A stretch of 64,000 bases of DNA from an uncultured archaeon. GTDB lineage: Archaea; Asgardarchaeota; Heimdallarchaeia; Heimdallarchaeales; Heimdallarchaeaceae. The notes beneath the pieces are model-generated. The model saw only the letters and a program-made list of their open reading frames with translations. It was not told the origin of the DNA and searched no databases. The stretch lies in contig CAZHRF010000005.1 of NCBI GenBank assembly GCA_964534625.1, positions 1 to 64,000 of the forward strand, in the 5' to 3' direction. Of the stretch, positions 40,899 through 52,385 are shown piece by piece (position 1 is the first letter of the stretch; each line of letters starts with the position of its first letter). Both the position numbers and the translations under genes were made by a program.

Positions 40899-41774
40899 TT
40901 ACATTTCAAATTGCAATTTTGTTCCTACTAAACAAGGTTTCACCTTATTTTCACCAAATCTATCTTTAAAATATTTTATTGTGTTTTTTCCACTACAATG
41001 ATTAAAGTATAAATCAGGCAAACCATATTTTTCTTCCAACACGTTACCTACTTCCTTTAGATCTTCATCTTTAAAATTTCTCATGTGTGTTCCTCCTAGA
41101 ATTGCAATTAGTTTCTTACCTCCACTTATCTCTGATACTTTTTTCAAGGTATTAAGGAGCCCTGAATGACAACATCCACACACAACCACTAAACCATTCT
41201 TTGTTTCAATAATTAGGGAAAGATCATCTCTTAACGGATCTTTTTCCCAGTTTTTGTTCTGTTTGTGTTGTAATCTATTGCTCGTACCAGTCTTAAATGG
41301 CCTTTCTGTTATCTCGCCTGTAGAACAGATGGCTGAAGTTATATTATAGTCACTGTGTGTAAAATTGAAATTTAAACGCTCTTTTTCTCTCTTATTTAAT
41401 TTTGGAAAACCTATATTAACCCTAAATGTGAGGATTAATTTTAGGATTACAGCTTTCTTCGTCTCTAAAGCATCAGGGTGACAAATTACAGAGAGTATCT
41501 TTTTACCTCTTTCTTTTAATAAAGCACGGATTCCGCCCGTGTGATCATAATGTCCATGGGATAAAACTAATGTATCAATCTTATTTACATCAATATCTAA
41601 TATTTTCATATTATTTATTACATGTTCTCCCTTCCATCCTGCATCGAATAATAGTTTTACATCTTCCGTTTCAATATAAAATGCTTGTCCATGCCCCCCC
41701 TTTAATCCTTTACCACCAATCGAATTATTGTTGTAAACATTTGTTATTCTTATACTCATTATCTTCAAACCCAA
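40899..41774 (-). CDS. MBL-fold metallo-hydrolase
   Basis: LFDAG, SHGHYDHTGG, GCCHSG, GGTH and HCSG motifs. Confidence 0.9.
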   Translation of the reverse strand: MGLKIMSIRITNVYNNNSIGGKGLKGGHGQAFYIETEDVKLLFDAGWKGEHVINNMKILDIDVNKIDTLVLSHGHYDHTGGIRALLKERGKKILSVICHPDALETKKAVILKLILTFRVNIGFPKLNKREKERLNFNFTHSDYNITSAICSTGEITERPFKTGTSNRLQHKQNKNWEKDPLRDDLSLIIETKNGLVVVCGCCHSGLLNTLKKVSEISGGKKLIAILGGTHMRNFKDEDLKEVGNVLEEKYGLPDLYFNHCSGKNTIKYFKDRFGENKVKPCLVGTKLQFEM

Positions 41775-41929
41775 TTATTTTTCACAATTATCAATTTTTT
41801 GTACCTTTCTACTTTTCAAGCTCTTTTCCAAACTATTGGACAATCAGTATAATACCCAAACATTTTTATATTACTACTATATTGTTAGTATTGAACTAAA
41901 GGTATATTACCCAAAATGGAGGATTAAAA

Positions 41930-42583
41930 ATGTTTAGACGTAAGAAAGACAATAATGACGAAGACTTCCCATTTAATAGCAAACAGTTTAGATCTGTTAG
42001 ATTCTACACTAATATTAATGGTGAAGAAAAACAATATGGTTACGATTATACCCGCGATGAGGACGGTAAAGAAGAATACAAAGAAATTGGCGACCCACAA
42101 TCTTTCGATTTACAAGGAGAGATTAGAGATCGTATAATGAACTTTGATAAACAATTTAATGACTCTTCATTTACTAACCCATTCGAAAAAATTGTGCAAG
42201 CATTTCCTAACATGAATGAATTATTTGGAATGCTGCAAGGTTCAAGAGATGTACCAGTATTAGAACACCCTAAAAAAGAGACCAGTGGGATTGAACAATC
42301 CGATGTTCCTTATGATATTCAAATTGATGAAAACAACAAGGAAATGTTTGTTATTGTTGAACTCCCCGGTTTCAAAAAGAAAGACCTTCAACTCACACTA
42401 AATACCAAAGGATTGAGGATTAAAGGTTCTAATATGAAAAAGGATGTAGATACATTAATTCCTTTGAACTATAATATAGATAAAGAAAAAGTAAAAGCAA
42501 CCATGAAACATGGTATTTTAGAGGTGAAAATCCAGTATAAAGGAAAGATTTCAGACAATGGTTCTGAAATTCCTATAAACTAG
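41930..42583 (+). CDS. Hsp20/alpha-crystallin small heat shock protein
   Basis: ELPGFKKKDL and ATMKHGILEV motifs; lies upstream of cdc48. Confidence 0.9.
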   Translation: MFRRKKDNNDEDFPFNSKQFRSVRFYTNINGEEKQYGYDYTRDEDGKEEYKEIGDPQSFDLQGEIRDRIMNFDKQFNDSSFTNPFEKIVQAFPNMNELFGMLQGSRDVPVLEHPKKETSGIEQSDVPYDIQIDENNKEMFVIVELPGFKKKDLQLTLNTKGLRIKGSNMKKDVDTLIPLNYNIDKEKVKATMKHGILEVKIQYKGKISDNGSEIPIN

Positions 42584-42634
42584 GAATAGTTCTTTCCTTT
42601 ATTTTAATTTTATTTTTTAGTTAGGTGAATTATT

Positions 42635-44860
42635 ATGAGTGATAAAAATATTAAACAAAAAATACTTAGAGTTAAAGAAGCATTACAACGAGATGTTGGA
42701 AGGGGAATTGTACGATTATCCCAAGACATTGCCGATGAATTAAATATCGGTACAGGCGACGTTGTAGAAATTGAAGCTCAAAAAAAGACATACGCTAGAG
42801 CTTGGAGGGGTATTCCCGAAGATTTTGGGAGACAGGTTATACGTCTTGATCGTATGATAAGAACTAATGCAGGGGTTGGTTTAGATGATAAAGTTACTGT
42901 CAGTAAAGCTGAAGCAAAATCAGCACGTAAAATAGTTTTTGCGTTCACTGAGAGGGCACAAGTCCGTGGTATTGAACCATGGCTCAAAAAAACATTAGAA
43001 GATCGTGTTCTTACAGTTGGAGACATTATTCCCATATCTGTTGGTATGGGACGTCGGCTCTATATTGGTGTTGCATCTTTCACTCCTGCTTCAGATGCAG
43101 TAATTTTAACTAATGAAACCAATATTCAAATTAGCGACAAACCGCTTGAAGCCATACAAACTCTTGATGCTCAACGAATAAGTTACGAAGACATTGGTGG
43201 ACTACATGAAGAGATTCAAAAAGTTAGAGAAATGATTGAACTTCCCATGCGTCATCCTGAACTTTTCAAGCGTTTAGGTATTGAACCACCAAAAGGAGTA
43301 CTTCTCTATGGACCACCAGGAACAGGTAAGACTTTACTTGCCAAAGCTGTTGCAAGTGAAACAGAAGCTAGTTTTTACAATTTATCGGGTCCTGAAATCA
43401 TGAGTAAATTCTACGGAGAATCAGAGCAGAAACTTAGGGATTTATTCAAAGAAGCACAACAAAATGCACCTTCTATTATCTTTATCGACGAGATAGATTC
43501 AATTGCACCCAAACGAGAACAAGTTACTGGAGAAGTCGAACGAAGAGTTGTAGCACAACTTTTGGCTTTAATGGATGGGCTTGAATCACGTGGTCAAGTA
43601 ATAGTTATAGGAGCAACTAATAGACAAAATGCTATTGATCCGGCATTAAGACGCCCAGGACGTTTTGATCGAGAGATAGAAATTGGTATTCCTGATCGTA
43701 GTGGAAGATATGAAATTTTACTCATTCACACTCGTGGTATGCCTTTAACTGATGATGTTAATCTGGATAAACTTGCTGATAGAACTCATGGCTTTGTTGG
43801 TGCAGATTTGGCTTCACTTGTGAAAGAATCAGCCATGCAAGCATTACGTAGAGTTCTTCCAGAAATAAGTTTAGAAGATGAACAGATACCCATGGAGATA
43901 TTGGAAAAAATAGATGTCATCAATGACGACTTTTCTGAAGCTCTTAAAAACATTGAACCTTCAGCTCTGAGAGAGGTATTTGTTGAAGTGCCTAATATCA
44001 GATGGGAAGATGTTGGAGGTTTGGATGAGATCAAGAATGAAATGCGTAGAGTTGTTGAATGGCCATTAAAGTACGGTGAGTTATATCGAACAATGAAAGC
44101 TGAATCTCCAAAAGGAATTTTACTTTATGGACCACCAGGTACAGGTAAAACACTCATTGCTAAAGCAGTAGCCAACGAATCGGAATCAAACTTCATCAGC
44201 ATTAAAGGTCCTGAAGTCTTATCAAAATGGGTAGGAGAGAGTGAAAGAGCTATTCGTGAAATCTTTAGAAAAGCTCGGCAGGCTTCACCTTGTGTGATAT
44301 TCCTTGACGAAATCGACTCAATAACACCCATTAGAGGCCGACAGACAGACTCTGGAGCAACAGAAAGAGTCATTAGTCAATTACTAACCGAGATAGATGG
44401 ACTTGAAGAACTACGCGGTGTGACAGTTATAGCAGCCACTAACAGGCCAGATATGGTTGATCCTGCACTATTGAGACCAGGTAGATTTGATAGATTAGTT
44501 AGAGTAACTGAACCAGACTTCAAGGCAAGGAATGAAATATTTAAGATACATCTTCGTGATGTTCCTCTTGCTGAAGATGTCAATATAGAAGACCTTTCCA
44601 GAGAAACCGAAGGTTTCAGTGGTGCAGACATTGCTTCTATCTGTAGCGAAGCAAAACTCATTGCAATTAAGAATTATGTACTAAAACACGAGTCTGAACT
44701 TGAAGAAGGAAAGGGTTTGAAAGAGGGTTTTGATCTTAAGATAACAAAAGAAATTTTAAACGAAGCGCTAGATCAAACAAAACCCACCAAGGAGCGTTCA
44801 GTAGCTGTAGGAAAAGACTTGAGAAAAGAGGAAGATAAGAAGGATATGGGATTCATTTAA
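42635..44860 (+). CDS. cdc48: CDC48/VCP (p97) AAA+ ATPase
   Basis: N-domain plus two AAA modules (GPPGTGKT x2, IDEID/LDEID, RPGRFDR x2). Confidence 0.97.
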   Translation: MSDKNIKQKILRVKEALQRDVGRGIVRLSQDIADELNIGTGDVVEIEAQKKTYARAWRGIPEDFGRQVIRLDRMIRTNAGVGLDDKVTVSKAEAKSARKIVFAFTERAQVRGIEPWLKKTLEDRVLTVGDIIPISVGMGRRLYIGVASFTPASDAVILTNETNIQISDKPLEAIQTLDAQRISYEDIGGLHEEIQKVREMIELPMRHPELFKRLGIEPPKGVLLYGPPGTGKTLLAKAVASETEASFYNLSGPEIMSKFYGESEQKLRDLFKEAQQNAPSIIFIDEIDSIAPKREQVTGEVERRVVAQLLALMDGLESRGQVIVIGATNRQNAIDPALRRPGRFDREIEIGIPDRSGRYEILLIHTRGMPLTDDVNLDKLADRTHGFVGADLASLVKESAMQALRRVLPEISLEDEQIPMEILEKIDVINDDFSEALKNIEPSALREVFVEVPNIRWEDVGGLDEIKNEMRRVVEWPLKYGELYRTMKAESPKGILLYGPPGTGKTLIAKAVANESESNFISIKGPEVLSKWVGESERAIREIFRKARQASPCVIFLDEIDSITPIRGRQTDSGATERVISQLLTEIDGLEELRGVTVIAATNRPDMVDPALLRPGRFDRLVRVTEPDFKARNEIFKIHLRDVPLAEDVNIEDLSRETEGFSGADIASICSEAKLIAIKNYVLKHESELEEGKGLKEGFDLKITKEILNEALDQTKPTKERSVAVGKDLRKEEDKKDMGFI

Positions 44861-44897
44861 TCTCCCATCCACTTCTTTTGAAGCGAGGAAAATATAA

Positions 44898-45653
44898 ATG
44901 AATACGACGAAGGAGAATGAAACCAATATGAATAACAATAATGAGAAAAATTTGGATGCAGATGCTTTACTCGATATACTCGCCAACAACACTAGACGTA
45001 AGATACTCCAACTCTTGGCTGCAGAAGAACTATATCCTTTTCAGATTTCAAGAATTTTAGATATCTCTCCTAGGATAATTGGTAAATATATAAACGAACT
45101 GGAATCACTTGGTTTAGTAAACACTTTTGAACGTGCAAGTTCAAAAGGTCCAGCAAGAAAATATGCTAAATTAAACAAATCTTTTTCATTAATCATAGAT
45201 ATTGGTTCGAATAATTTTCAATGGAAAGTCATCAAAGTTGGTGAGCCAGTAGATAGTCAGAGAGATCTAATGGAAAAACAACCAGAGATTACAGACAAAA
45301 TTAGAGAAGAAATTTATTTATTAAAAAATCAGATAACAGAGAAAGCCAAAAAGATCCGTTCAATTGAAGAAAAACGGAAGGAATTAATAGAGGAAATCAA
45401 CGAATGTTTTAGCTACATTAATGAAATCATTGATAATACAATACTAAATTATCAAGAGCGTACTATAGTTCGAACTTTATTAAAAGAAATCATTCGTAAC
45501 GAACAGCAAGAATGGATACCATTATCACAATTAGCTGAAACCTTACGTATGTGGCGAGGAGAACTTAAAGAAAGGTTGCTTACAATAGCTGAAACAACGA
45601 AATTCATCAAAATGAAGAAACATAAATCAGGAGAACTTTTGGTTTCTATCTAA
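44898..45653 (+). CDS. ArsR-type HTH transcriptional regulator with coiled coil
   Basis: LDILANNTRRKILQLL...LESLGLV...GPARKY. Confidence 0.85.
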   Translation: MNTTKENETNMNNNNEKNLDADALLDILANNTRRKILQLLAAEELYPFQISRILDISPRIIGKYINELESLGLVNTFERASSKGPARKYAKLNKSFSLIIDIGSNNFQWKVIKVGEPVDSQRDLMEKQPEITDKIREEIYLLKNQITEKAKKIRSIEEKRKELIEEINECFSYINEIIDNTILNYQERTIVRTLLKEIIRNEQQEWIPLSQLAETLRMWRGELKERLLTIAETTKFIKMKKHKSGELLVSI

Positions 45654-45683
45654 TCTTTTATATTATCACTTTTTTCCTTTTTT

Positions 45684-47036
45684 TTGATGACCTTGAGTTC
45701 ATGGGATACAATATTACATATTGGATTTGATGACACAGACTCGTTGGAAGGTCAATGTACAACATACTTGGCAACTCTCATTATAGAAGAGATTGCAGAT
45801 ATGGTTATTTTTTTGGACTATCCAAAATTAATACGGAATAACCCTAATATTCCTTGGAAAACAAGAGGGAATGCAGCAATTAGTTTAAAATTAGGCGTAA
45901 AACAAAATCATATACAAAAGATAATAGAAATTTCCAAACAGAAAATACTTAAAAACCATAAGACAGGACCAAATACTAATCCAGGATTAGTATATTTTAC
46001 TGGAGATATCCCCGATGCTGTCAAGGTATTTAGTAAAAAGACTCTTGTCAAACTTGTGAGTATCTCGGAAGCTGATTATTTATGTAATAAATACAACATA
46101 AAATATTTTACGATTGGAAATGGGAGAGGCATAATAGGTGCCTTATCAGCTATTGGTAATACGCTTAATCCAAAATATGAAGACTTTACTTATGAAATTT
46201 TAACATACAGAATCCCTCAATATCGAGGATCTCAAAGAAATGTAGTTGAAACATCAATAAAAAAAATGGATAAACTATTGTCCCCTAAAGTTTTCAATAA
46301 TATAGATGAATATAGTGGAAAAAGTATTATTGCTCCTGCAGGGAAAGATCCCGTATTATATGGGGTTAGGGGAGAAACACCAAATATATTGTTACATGCT
46401 TTAAACATGGTCAAAGTCAAAGAACCTATAGAGAGGTATTGTATTTTTCGAACAAATCAAGGTACAGATCAACATTTCAAATATGCCAATACAGAACTTA
46501 AAAATTATAATGTTTTCAAAGGGAATGTCACTATTAATTCAAAGGGGAATATAATTGAAGGAGGACATGTTTTCTTAATTGGAATAACGAACAGTAATAA
46601 GCGGATAATAGATCTTTCTGCATTTGAACCCACAAAAGATTTTCGTAAGCCACTATTACATCTCATAAAGGGAGACAAAATTGAAGCTTATGGTGGCGTT
46701 AAGTATATAGAAGATAAAAACCGATATGCGGTACAATTAGAGAAATGTATCATATTATCACTTGTTGATAAATATAAAGAGAAAGCACCAATATGCCCAA
46801 AATGCCAAAAACGCATGACAAGCAATGGATATAAAAAAGGATATAAATGTCGAAAATGTGGATATAAAGATCGGAATTTATCAAAAGAGAGAATAAAATT
46901 ACAAAGAAAAGACAACACAGGTCTCTACATACCCCCAGCAGGAGCACAAAGACATTTAGTTAAACCCCATAGAAGATATAGCTTACCTCAAAAAAATGAA
47001 ATTAAATTAATTAAAAATTGGTGGAAAATATATTAA
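45684..47036 (+). CDS. tiaS: tRNA(Ile2) agmatinylcytidine synthase
   Basis: IGFDDTDS..GQCTTY, NPNIPWKTRGNA, GRGIIGALSAIG, TNQGTDQH and C-terminal zinc ribbon. Confidence 0.95.
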   Translation: MMTLSSWDTILHIGFDDTDSLEGQCTTYLATLIIEEIADMVIFLDYPKLIRNNPNIPWKTRGNAAISLKLGVKQNHIQKIIEISKQKILKNHKTGPNTNPGLVYFTGDIPDAVKVFSKKTLVKLVSISEADYLCNKYNIKYFTIGNGRGIIGALSAIGNTLNPKYEDFTYEILTYRIPQYRGSQRNVVETSIKKMDKLLSPKVFNNIDEYSGKSIIAPAGKDPVLYGVRGETPNILLHALNMVKVKEPIERYCIFRTNQGTDQHFKYANTELKNYNVFKGNVTINSKGNIIEGGHVFLIGITNSNKRIIDLSAFEPTKDFRKPLLHLIKGDKIEAYGGVKYIEDKNRYAVQLEKCIILSLVDKYKEKAPICPKCQKRMTSNGYKKGYKCRKCGYKDRNLSKERIKLQRKDNTGLYIPPAGAQRHLVKPHRRYSLPQKNEIKLIKNWWKIY

Positions 47037-47065
47037 AAGAATAGGGATAGAAGATTGTTTTATCT

Positions 47066-48874
47066 TTACATTCCCCAATATGGCCAGACGTGCTCTCTTT
47101 TTATTTTGATCAATTCATCTAAAACCTCAAGTTGATCCATGCTAAGACTATTTTTATGTTCTTTTGATAATAATTTTGCATGATTGGAAGGTATATCAAC
47201 ATATAATACATCTCCTTCATGTATTTGTCTTCCTACTGTTGGTCCTTGAATTGAGATGGCGATTTGTCTTCCTTTTTTGGCTTCATCTAAAGTCTCATTC
47301 TGATCTTGTATTTGTCTAATATACCCTACCCTTCTATTATTCTCAGTAACTAATCTAACCCCAGGTTTAATACTACCAGCTAACACTTCTATTCCAACAA
47401 CAGCTGGTTTTGATTTTCTAAAGGTATGATGGGGTAATAGTTCTAATTTTCCAGGCATAGTTATATCTTTCATGGATTCAACTTTTGCTGCCGCTTCCAT
47501 ATCTAATTTCCATCGCTCATATTCTTCAATTAGATTATAGATCACATTACCTTCAAACACCTTAATCCCATTTACTATAATTTCTTCTTTAGCATCAGGT
47601 AAAATATCCACATTAAATGCTAAAATTGCTCCTAGTTCTGGAGCTTTTTCAGCAACCACTGTTGCATCAATAACATCTTTTTTTGTTACTTCACCCACAT
47701 CAGCTTTTTGGATTGGTATATTTTTAGCTCTTAACATATCAACAATTGCTTCCAACGTTCCTAATGTATCTACTTTAACAGTGACCCCATTAGATTTTGT
47801 TTCAATTCTGAATTGTTGTAATTCTTCAGAGACTAAATCCAGTGTTTCTTGTTCTTTTCCTTCTGGAGCAACACGAACGGGAGCCCCCGAGAGTGAATCA
47901 TCCAAACCAGGAGCACTAATTTTTACACCAGCTGACGCAAATACTGAATCTACAGGTTTAAAACGGTCTCTTGGATCACGGATTTCATCTAAGTCTTTAG
48001 GTTGGAGTAGTGCGCGTATTTTAACTAATTGAGGTTTGTCTCTACCCCCGACAACAATTTTATCTGTTTTCTTTATGACACCATCATATAAAATTACATC
48101 AATAGTTGTACCAAGACCAGGTGTTTCTTTTACTTCTAATACAGTTCCCGAACCAGGACCCACACTATATTCAAGCTTCTCCATCATGTACTGTTGTGTT
48201 AAGCCAGCCAGAACTAAAAAGAGATCTGCGATACCTTCTCCTGTTTCAGCACTTGTAGGTATAATTGCAATGTTTTTCCTGAAATCTTTAACCTTGTCAT
48301 ATCGAAATGCCTCCATACGCAATTCTGATAGTTCGCCCATTATTTCATAGATTCTGTTATCCATATCTGCTCTTGCTTTGGATATCTGCTTCGAATAACT
48401 TTCGATAAATGTGGCATTTTGTTGTGGTTTCCACGCAGAAATACGATCTATTTTATTTGCTGCTATAATGAATGGCACTTTTCGAGCCCTTAAAATATCC
48501 ATAGATTCATAAGTTTGGGCTTGGAATCCACGTGTCACATCTACTACTAAAATTGCAATATCAGCGACAGATGCACCCCGTTTTCTAAGATTAGTGAAAA
48601 CTTGATGACCAGGTGTATCTACAATCAATATCCCCGGCAGATTTAACTTAATTTTAGATGTTTTCATCAAATCTCCACAAACTTTTTGTATCGTCTCGGT
48701 AGGGAAAAAACTGGCGCCTACATGTTGAGTAATTCCTGCTGCTTCACGTAATTGTACTACCGTGCCACGTACTTTATCTAGTAAGCTTGTCTTACCCGAA
48801 TCTACATGCCCTAAAATGACAGCTATTGGGCTTCGAATTCTTTTCCCCGTTTTTTCATCAACTACTTTTGACAT
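47066..48874 (-). CDS. infB: Translation initiation factor aIF5B (IF-2)
   Basis: LGHVDSGKT, GITQHVGA, DTPGH and NKID motifs. Confidence 0.97.
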   Translation of the reverse strand: MSKVVDEKTGKRIRSPIAVILGHVDSGKTSLLDKVRGTVVQLREAAGITQHVGASFFPTETIQKVCGDLMKTSKIKLNLPGILIVDTPGHQVFTNLRKRGASVADIAILVVDVTRGFQAQTYESMDILRARKVPFIIAANKIDRISAWKPQQNATFIESYSKQISKARADMDNRIYEIMGELSELRMEAFRYDKVKDFRKNIAIIPTSAETGEGIADLFLVLAGLTQQYMMEKLEYSVGPGSGTVLEVKETPGLGTTIDVILYDGVIKKTDKIVVGGRDKPQLVKIRALLQPKDLDEIRDPRDRFKPVDSVFASAGVKISAPGLDDSLSGAPVRVAPEGKEQETLDLVSEELQQFRIETKSNGVTVKVDTLGTLEAIVDMLRAKNIPIQKADVGEVTKKDVIDATVVAEKAPELGAILAFNVDILPDAKEEIIVNGIKVFEGNVIYNLIEEYERWKLDMEAAAKVESMKDITMPGKLELLPHHTFRKSKPAVVGIEVLAGSIKPGVRLVTENNRRVGYIRQIQDQNETLDEAKKGRQIAISIQGPTVGRQIHEGDVLYVDIPSNHAKLLSKEHKNSLSMDQLEVLDELIKIKREHVWPYWGM

Positions 48875-49010
48875 ATCGATACCTACTTTTCAATGAAGAA
48901 ATAAAGTGAACATAAGGAATGTTTTCTTTGCCTTCATACAATAAAGCTAAAATCCATAATAAAAATAAATTGGTTACAAACAAATAATACTAAAAATAAA
49001 AAAGATGAAA

Positions 49011-49469
49011 TTACCCATATATCCACTTTTCATCTACTCTGACATAATCAATTAATTCATCTTTTGTAAAATAAATAGCTGCTTCTTTTTTAGCATTTTC
49101 AGGCGAATCTGCAGCATGTATGATATTTTTTCCTATTTCCAAAGCATAATCTCCTCGAATTGTGCCAGGCAACGCATTTATTGGATTTGTACTACCTATA
49201 AGTTTTCTAGTGATCTTTACAGATTCCTTACCTTTAACTATCATTGCCACGACTGCTCCTGAAGTAATATATTCCAGAAGTCCCTCATAAAATGATTTTC
49301 CTTTGTGCACAGCATAATGCTGTTTCGCTTGTTCTTTTGTTACTTTTAACAATTTCATCGCAATTATCTTAAGGCCCACTTCTTCAAGTCTAGAAATGAT
49401 CTCGCCTACTAAATTCCTTTGCACTCCGTCTGGTTTAATCATAATAAATTCTTCTTGCATATATATCAC
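49011..49469 (-). CDS. ndk: Nucleoside diphosphate kinase
   Basis: IKPDGVQR, PGTIRGD and NIIHAADS motifs. Confidence 0.97.
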   Translation of the reverse strand: MIYMQEEFIMIKPDGVQRNLVGEIISRLEEVGLKIIAMKLLKVTKEQAKQHYAVHKGKSFYEGLLEYITSGAVVAMIVKGKESVKITRKLIGSTNPINALPGTIRGDYALEIGKNIIHAADSPENAKKEAAIYFTKDELIDYVRVDEKWIYG

Positions 49470-49661
49470 CTTTTGAAACCAAAAAGAATATGTATATTAA
49501 AAATTGATTGGTTCTTGAAAAGTTGGTAATTCCAAAAAAACCTGTTTTTAATGACTATTTAAGTCGCAAAAACTGTCAAATTCTTTATGAAAATATCACC
49601 AAGTTCATCAACATAAAAATAATTAGATAAAAAGAAAAGTTAAAAGAAAAGTTAAATTAAG

Positions 49662-49850
49662 TTAGAGAATCTTTTTCTCGTATTTCTTTGTCCATTTGAG
49701 CTTTTTGGGATCACTTTTATGCTTTAGTGATTTTGTTTGGCATTTAGCGCTACAGAAAAATAAGACCGAACCAGTTTTTTGTACATACATCATACCAAAA
49801 CCTGGCTGAACCTCTTTACCACAATATGAACATTCATTTGTTTTAGGCAT
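49662..49850 (-). CDS. rpl24e: 50S ribosomal protein L24e
   Basis: CSYCG...PGFGMMYV...FCSAKC...KWT. Confidence 0.95.
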   Translation of the reverse strand: MPKTNECSYCGKEVQPGFGMMYVQKTGSVLFFCSAKCQTKSLKHKSDPKKLKWTKKYEKKIL

Positions 49851-49863
49851 TTTTTATCATCTC

Positions 49864-50085
49864 TTATCTTTTTCTGATTTTACGGGCTTCGCGCTCTGTT
49901 TCCCTTAGCATCAATATGTCCCCTTTTCTAACGGGTCCTTTAAGGTTTCGTGTAATAATACGATTTTTGTCCCGCCCTTCAAGAATTTTTACACGTGCTT
50001 GACAAACCTCACCAACACTTCCTGTTCTTGCTAGAACTTGTATAACTTCAGCGGGGGTTCCTTGATCATCATTTTGAGCGCTCAT
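49864..50085 (-). CDS. rps28e: 30S ribosomal protein S28e
   Basis: RTGSVGE...[23 protein letters not shown]. Confidence 0.97.
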   Translation of the reverse strand: MSAQNDDQGTPAEVIQVLARTGSVGEVCQARVKILEGRDKNRIITRNLKGPVRKGDILMLRETEREARKIRKR

Positions 50086-50095
50086 TTTTTACACC

Positions 50096-50461
50096 TTATT
50101 TTTTGAGTTCATTGACTTTCTTTGTCAGACCTTCTAGGGCATTTTTTGCTTCTCCTGCGTCAACAATAGCTACTGAAGAAGCGCCCACAGAAAGATTTGC
50201 GGATTTACCTAGGTCATCTCTGGTGGCCACATACGTATAAGGAATCTTTTTCTCTTCACACAACAATGGTAGATGCATGACTATTTCGGGGGGAGAAACA
50301 TCCTCTGCTATGAACACCATTTGTGCATTTTGTCTTTCAATAGACTTTGTAACTTCATTAGTACCCTTTCGTATTTTACCACTTTTTGATGCTGACTCTA
50401 GAATATTCAAAGATTCAGCTACAATTTCTGGACTTAAATCAAATTTTTTATACATTGCCAT
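50096..50461 (-). CDS. rpl7ae: 50S ribosomal protein L7Ae
   Basis: GKIRKGTNEVTKSIER and AEDVSPPEIVMHLPLLCEEK motifs. Confidence 0.97.
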   Translation of the reverse strand: MAMYKKFDLSPEIVAESLNILESASKSGKIRKGTNEVTKSIERQNAQMVFIAEDVSPPEIVMHLPLLCEEKKIPYTYVATRDDLGKSANLSVGASSVAIVDAGEAKNALEGLTKKVNELKK

Positions 50462-50469
50462 TTTATATC

Positions 50470-50523
50470 ACCTCTGATATAATGCAACTCAAGTAAGTGG
50501 AATTGATTATATCTTCATTAGGT
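50470..50523 (-). promoter_or_regulatory. K-turn leader overlapping the rpl7ae Shine-Dalgarno
   Basis: mRNA reads ACC-UAAU-GA-A-GAUAUAAU...AUUAUAUC-A-GA-GGU: an 8-bp stem, tandem G.A pairs, a bulge and a C-stem formed by GAGGUGAU. Confidence 0.7.
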
Positions 50524-50563
50524 CATTTAGTTAAGGAACAAAAATAGAAGTGGTTTAAAAGAG

Positions 50564-51367
50564 TTAGGATTCGGTACACGATTGAATTAGTGTACAGATT
50601 GTTTCTTTACCTTCATTAATGCTCTTAATTCGCTTTGAAATCCTTCCATTTAATATATAAATTTTATCTACAAAATTTATCATTTCTTTTATTTGTTGTA
50701 ATTTTCCAATCATTTGTCCTGTAACATCTACTTTCTTTGTTTCTCCAGTATTTTCTGGTTTCCAACCCATTATTTCCTCTTTATTCATTAGAGGTATAAC
50801 GTCGAGAGTTCCTTCTTTAGTTTTTCTTAAAATCCCATCAACATCCGTTAGAAAGAGCACACGATTAACACTTAGATTTTTTGCTAACTCGCCTATAAGT
50901 TTATCACCACTTAAAATGGTAAAATGTTTTTTTTCATCAAAACTAACATCACCAGATAATACTGGAACCAGGTTTAGATTTAAAGCATGTTTTATCGCAC
51001 TAAGATTGCAGGTTATGCTCTGTTCGATATCATTTGTCACACATATGGCACTTGTTTGAAATCCCATACCTCTTATATCTAGTTTTCTCATCATTTTTAT
51101 GATTATGTTAGTTAAATCATTCATGTCTTGTCTTATTTGCAATAACCCGTCTATTTGGCCCTCGTTTTTATAACCATACTTGATTGAATAACGTTCAGCT
51201 AGGATATGTCCATACGAACCTGCACCATGTATCAATATATAGGGATTTTTCCACTCTTTTAATACTTTTAAAAGATCTATGAGACTTTTTTCATTCAGTT
51301 TTTTGTATGTGGTTTTATCTGTTATAACAGAACCACCTATTTTTATTATATCAATTCCTTGTTTCAT
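50564..51367 (-). CDS. ipk: Isopentenyl phosphate kinase
   Basis: KIGGSVITDK, HGAGSYGH, SGD, DVDG and DVTGQM motifs; lies next to mvk. Confidence 0.92.
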   Translation of the reverse strand: MKQGIDIIKIGGSVITDKTTYKKLNEKSLIDLLKVLKEWKNPYILIHGAGSYGHILAERYSIKYGYKNEGQIDGLLQIRQDMNDLTNIIIKMMRKLDIRGMGFQTSAICVTNDIEQSITCNLSAIKHALNLNLVPVLSGDVSFDEKKHFTILSGDKLIGELAKNLSVNRVLFLTDVDGILRKTKEGTLDVIPLMNKEEIMGWKPENTGETKKVDVTGQMIGKLQQIKEMINFVDKIYILNGRISKRIKSINEGKETICTLIQSCTES

Positions 51368-52319
51368 TTTTTAACCCCACGGTTGATACTTTAGTGATAA
51401 ATGCATCAAAACTTTTGTTATTTAATCGATTTACTGTTTGTTTTGCAGTGTCTTGATCATCAAAAAGTCCTATAAGACAGCCACCACCACCAGCTCCAGT
51501 TAATTTATAACCTAAAGTCTCATTTTCATTAAGTTCTGTGACAATATGATCCAATTTTTCATGTCCTACACCCAATTTATTTAGTAAAACATGATTTTGT
51601 TTCATTAGATTACCTAGTTGCTCTAAATCCCCCCGTATTAAACTCTTTTCTCCTTGTTTGGTTATTATGGATATTTTTTTGAAGATCTCCTCAACTGCTT
51701 TTGTTTTTCTTTCATAAAATGTTCTTACTTTATTTACCATTTCGATAGTCCTTCTTGGTACTTTAGTATCAATAACAACCACATATGCTTTATCCAGATT
51801 AACATTTAGACGCTCAATTTCTCCTTGTTCAAATCTTATTCCCCCGCCATAAGTTGCCAAAGTATTATCAATACCAGATGGAGTTCCATGGTGAATTTTT
51901 TCTATTTCATAGGCAAGATTATTGATGGCTTTTTGTGTCAACTTTCTTCCATTATACTCTGAAATTGTTTTTAAAAAAGATACTGCTACTGCTGCACTTG
52001 AACCTAGTCCAGCTCCAACAGGTAATGATGATCGTATGCTAATCTCTACAAAACTACTTAAATCACCTAAAACTTGCTTTTCCCTATTCATTATCGCCAC
52101 CAATGAATAAAAAGGATTTGCTGGTTCTATTTTACTTCCTATTTGGAAGTATGTGTCTCCGTACAAATTTGGTGATTTAATATATATCCCTTTTTTATTG
52201 GTTTCTTTAATTTCTGTTCTAACTCTTCTATTAATTGCAATAGCTATAGCTGGATAACCATAGACTACAGCGTGTTCTCCAAAAAGAATGATTTTTCCAG
52301 GTGCAGAATAAGATATCAA
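51351..52319 (-). CDS. mvk: Mevalonate kinase
   Basis: APGKIILFGEHAVVYG, PVGAGLGSSAA, HGTPSGID and KLTGAGGGG motifs. Confidence 0.96.
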   Translation of the reverse strand: MISYSAPGKIILFGEHAVVYGYPAIAIAINRRVRTEIKETNKKGIYIKSPNLYGDTYFQIGSKIEPANPFYSLVAIMNREKQVLGDLSSFVEISIRSSLPVGAGLGSSAAVAVSFLKTISEYNGRKLTQKAINNLAYEIEKIHHGTPSGIDNTLATYGGGIRFEQGEIERLNVNLDKAYVVVIDTKVPRRTIEMVNKVRTFYERKTKAVEEIFKKISIITKQGEKSLIRGDLEQLGNLMKQNHVLLNKLGVGHEKLDHIVTELNENETLGYKLTGAGGGGCLIGLFDDQDTAKQTVNRLNNKSFDAFITKVSTVGLKNETRN

Positions 52320-52385
52320 CTATATCTCCATAATTATAGAAAAAAAGTTCAGATAATAATCTTTTGCAAGAGTATTATTAATGTT

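Noticed and set aside
49628-49656. AAAAGAAAAGTT tandem duplication
   Set aside because: Low-complexity T-tract terminator region after rpl24e on the minus strand.
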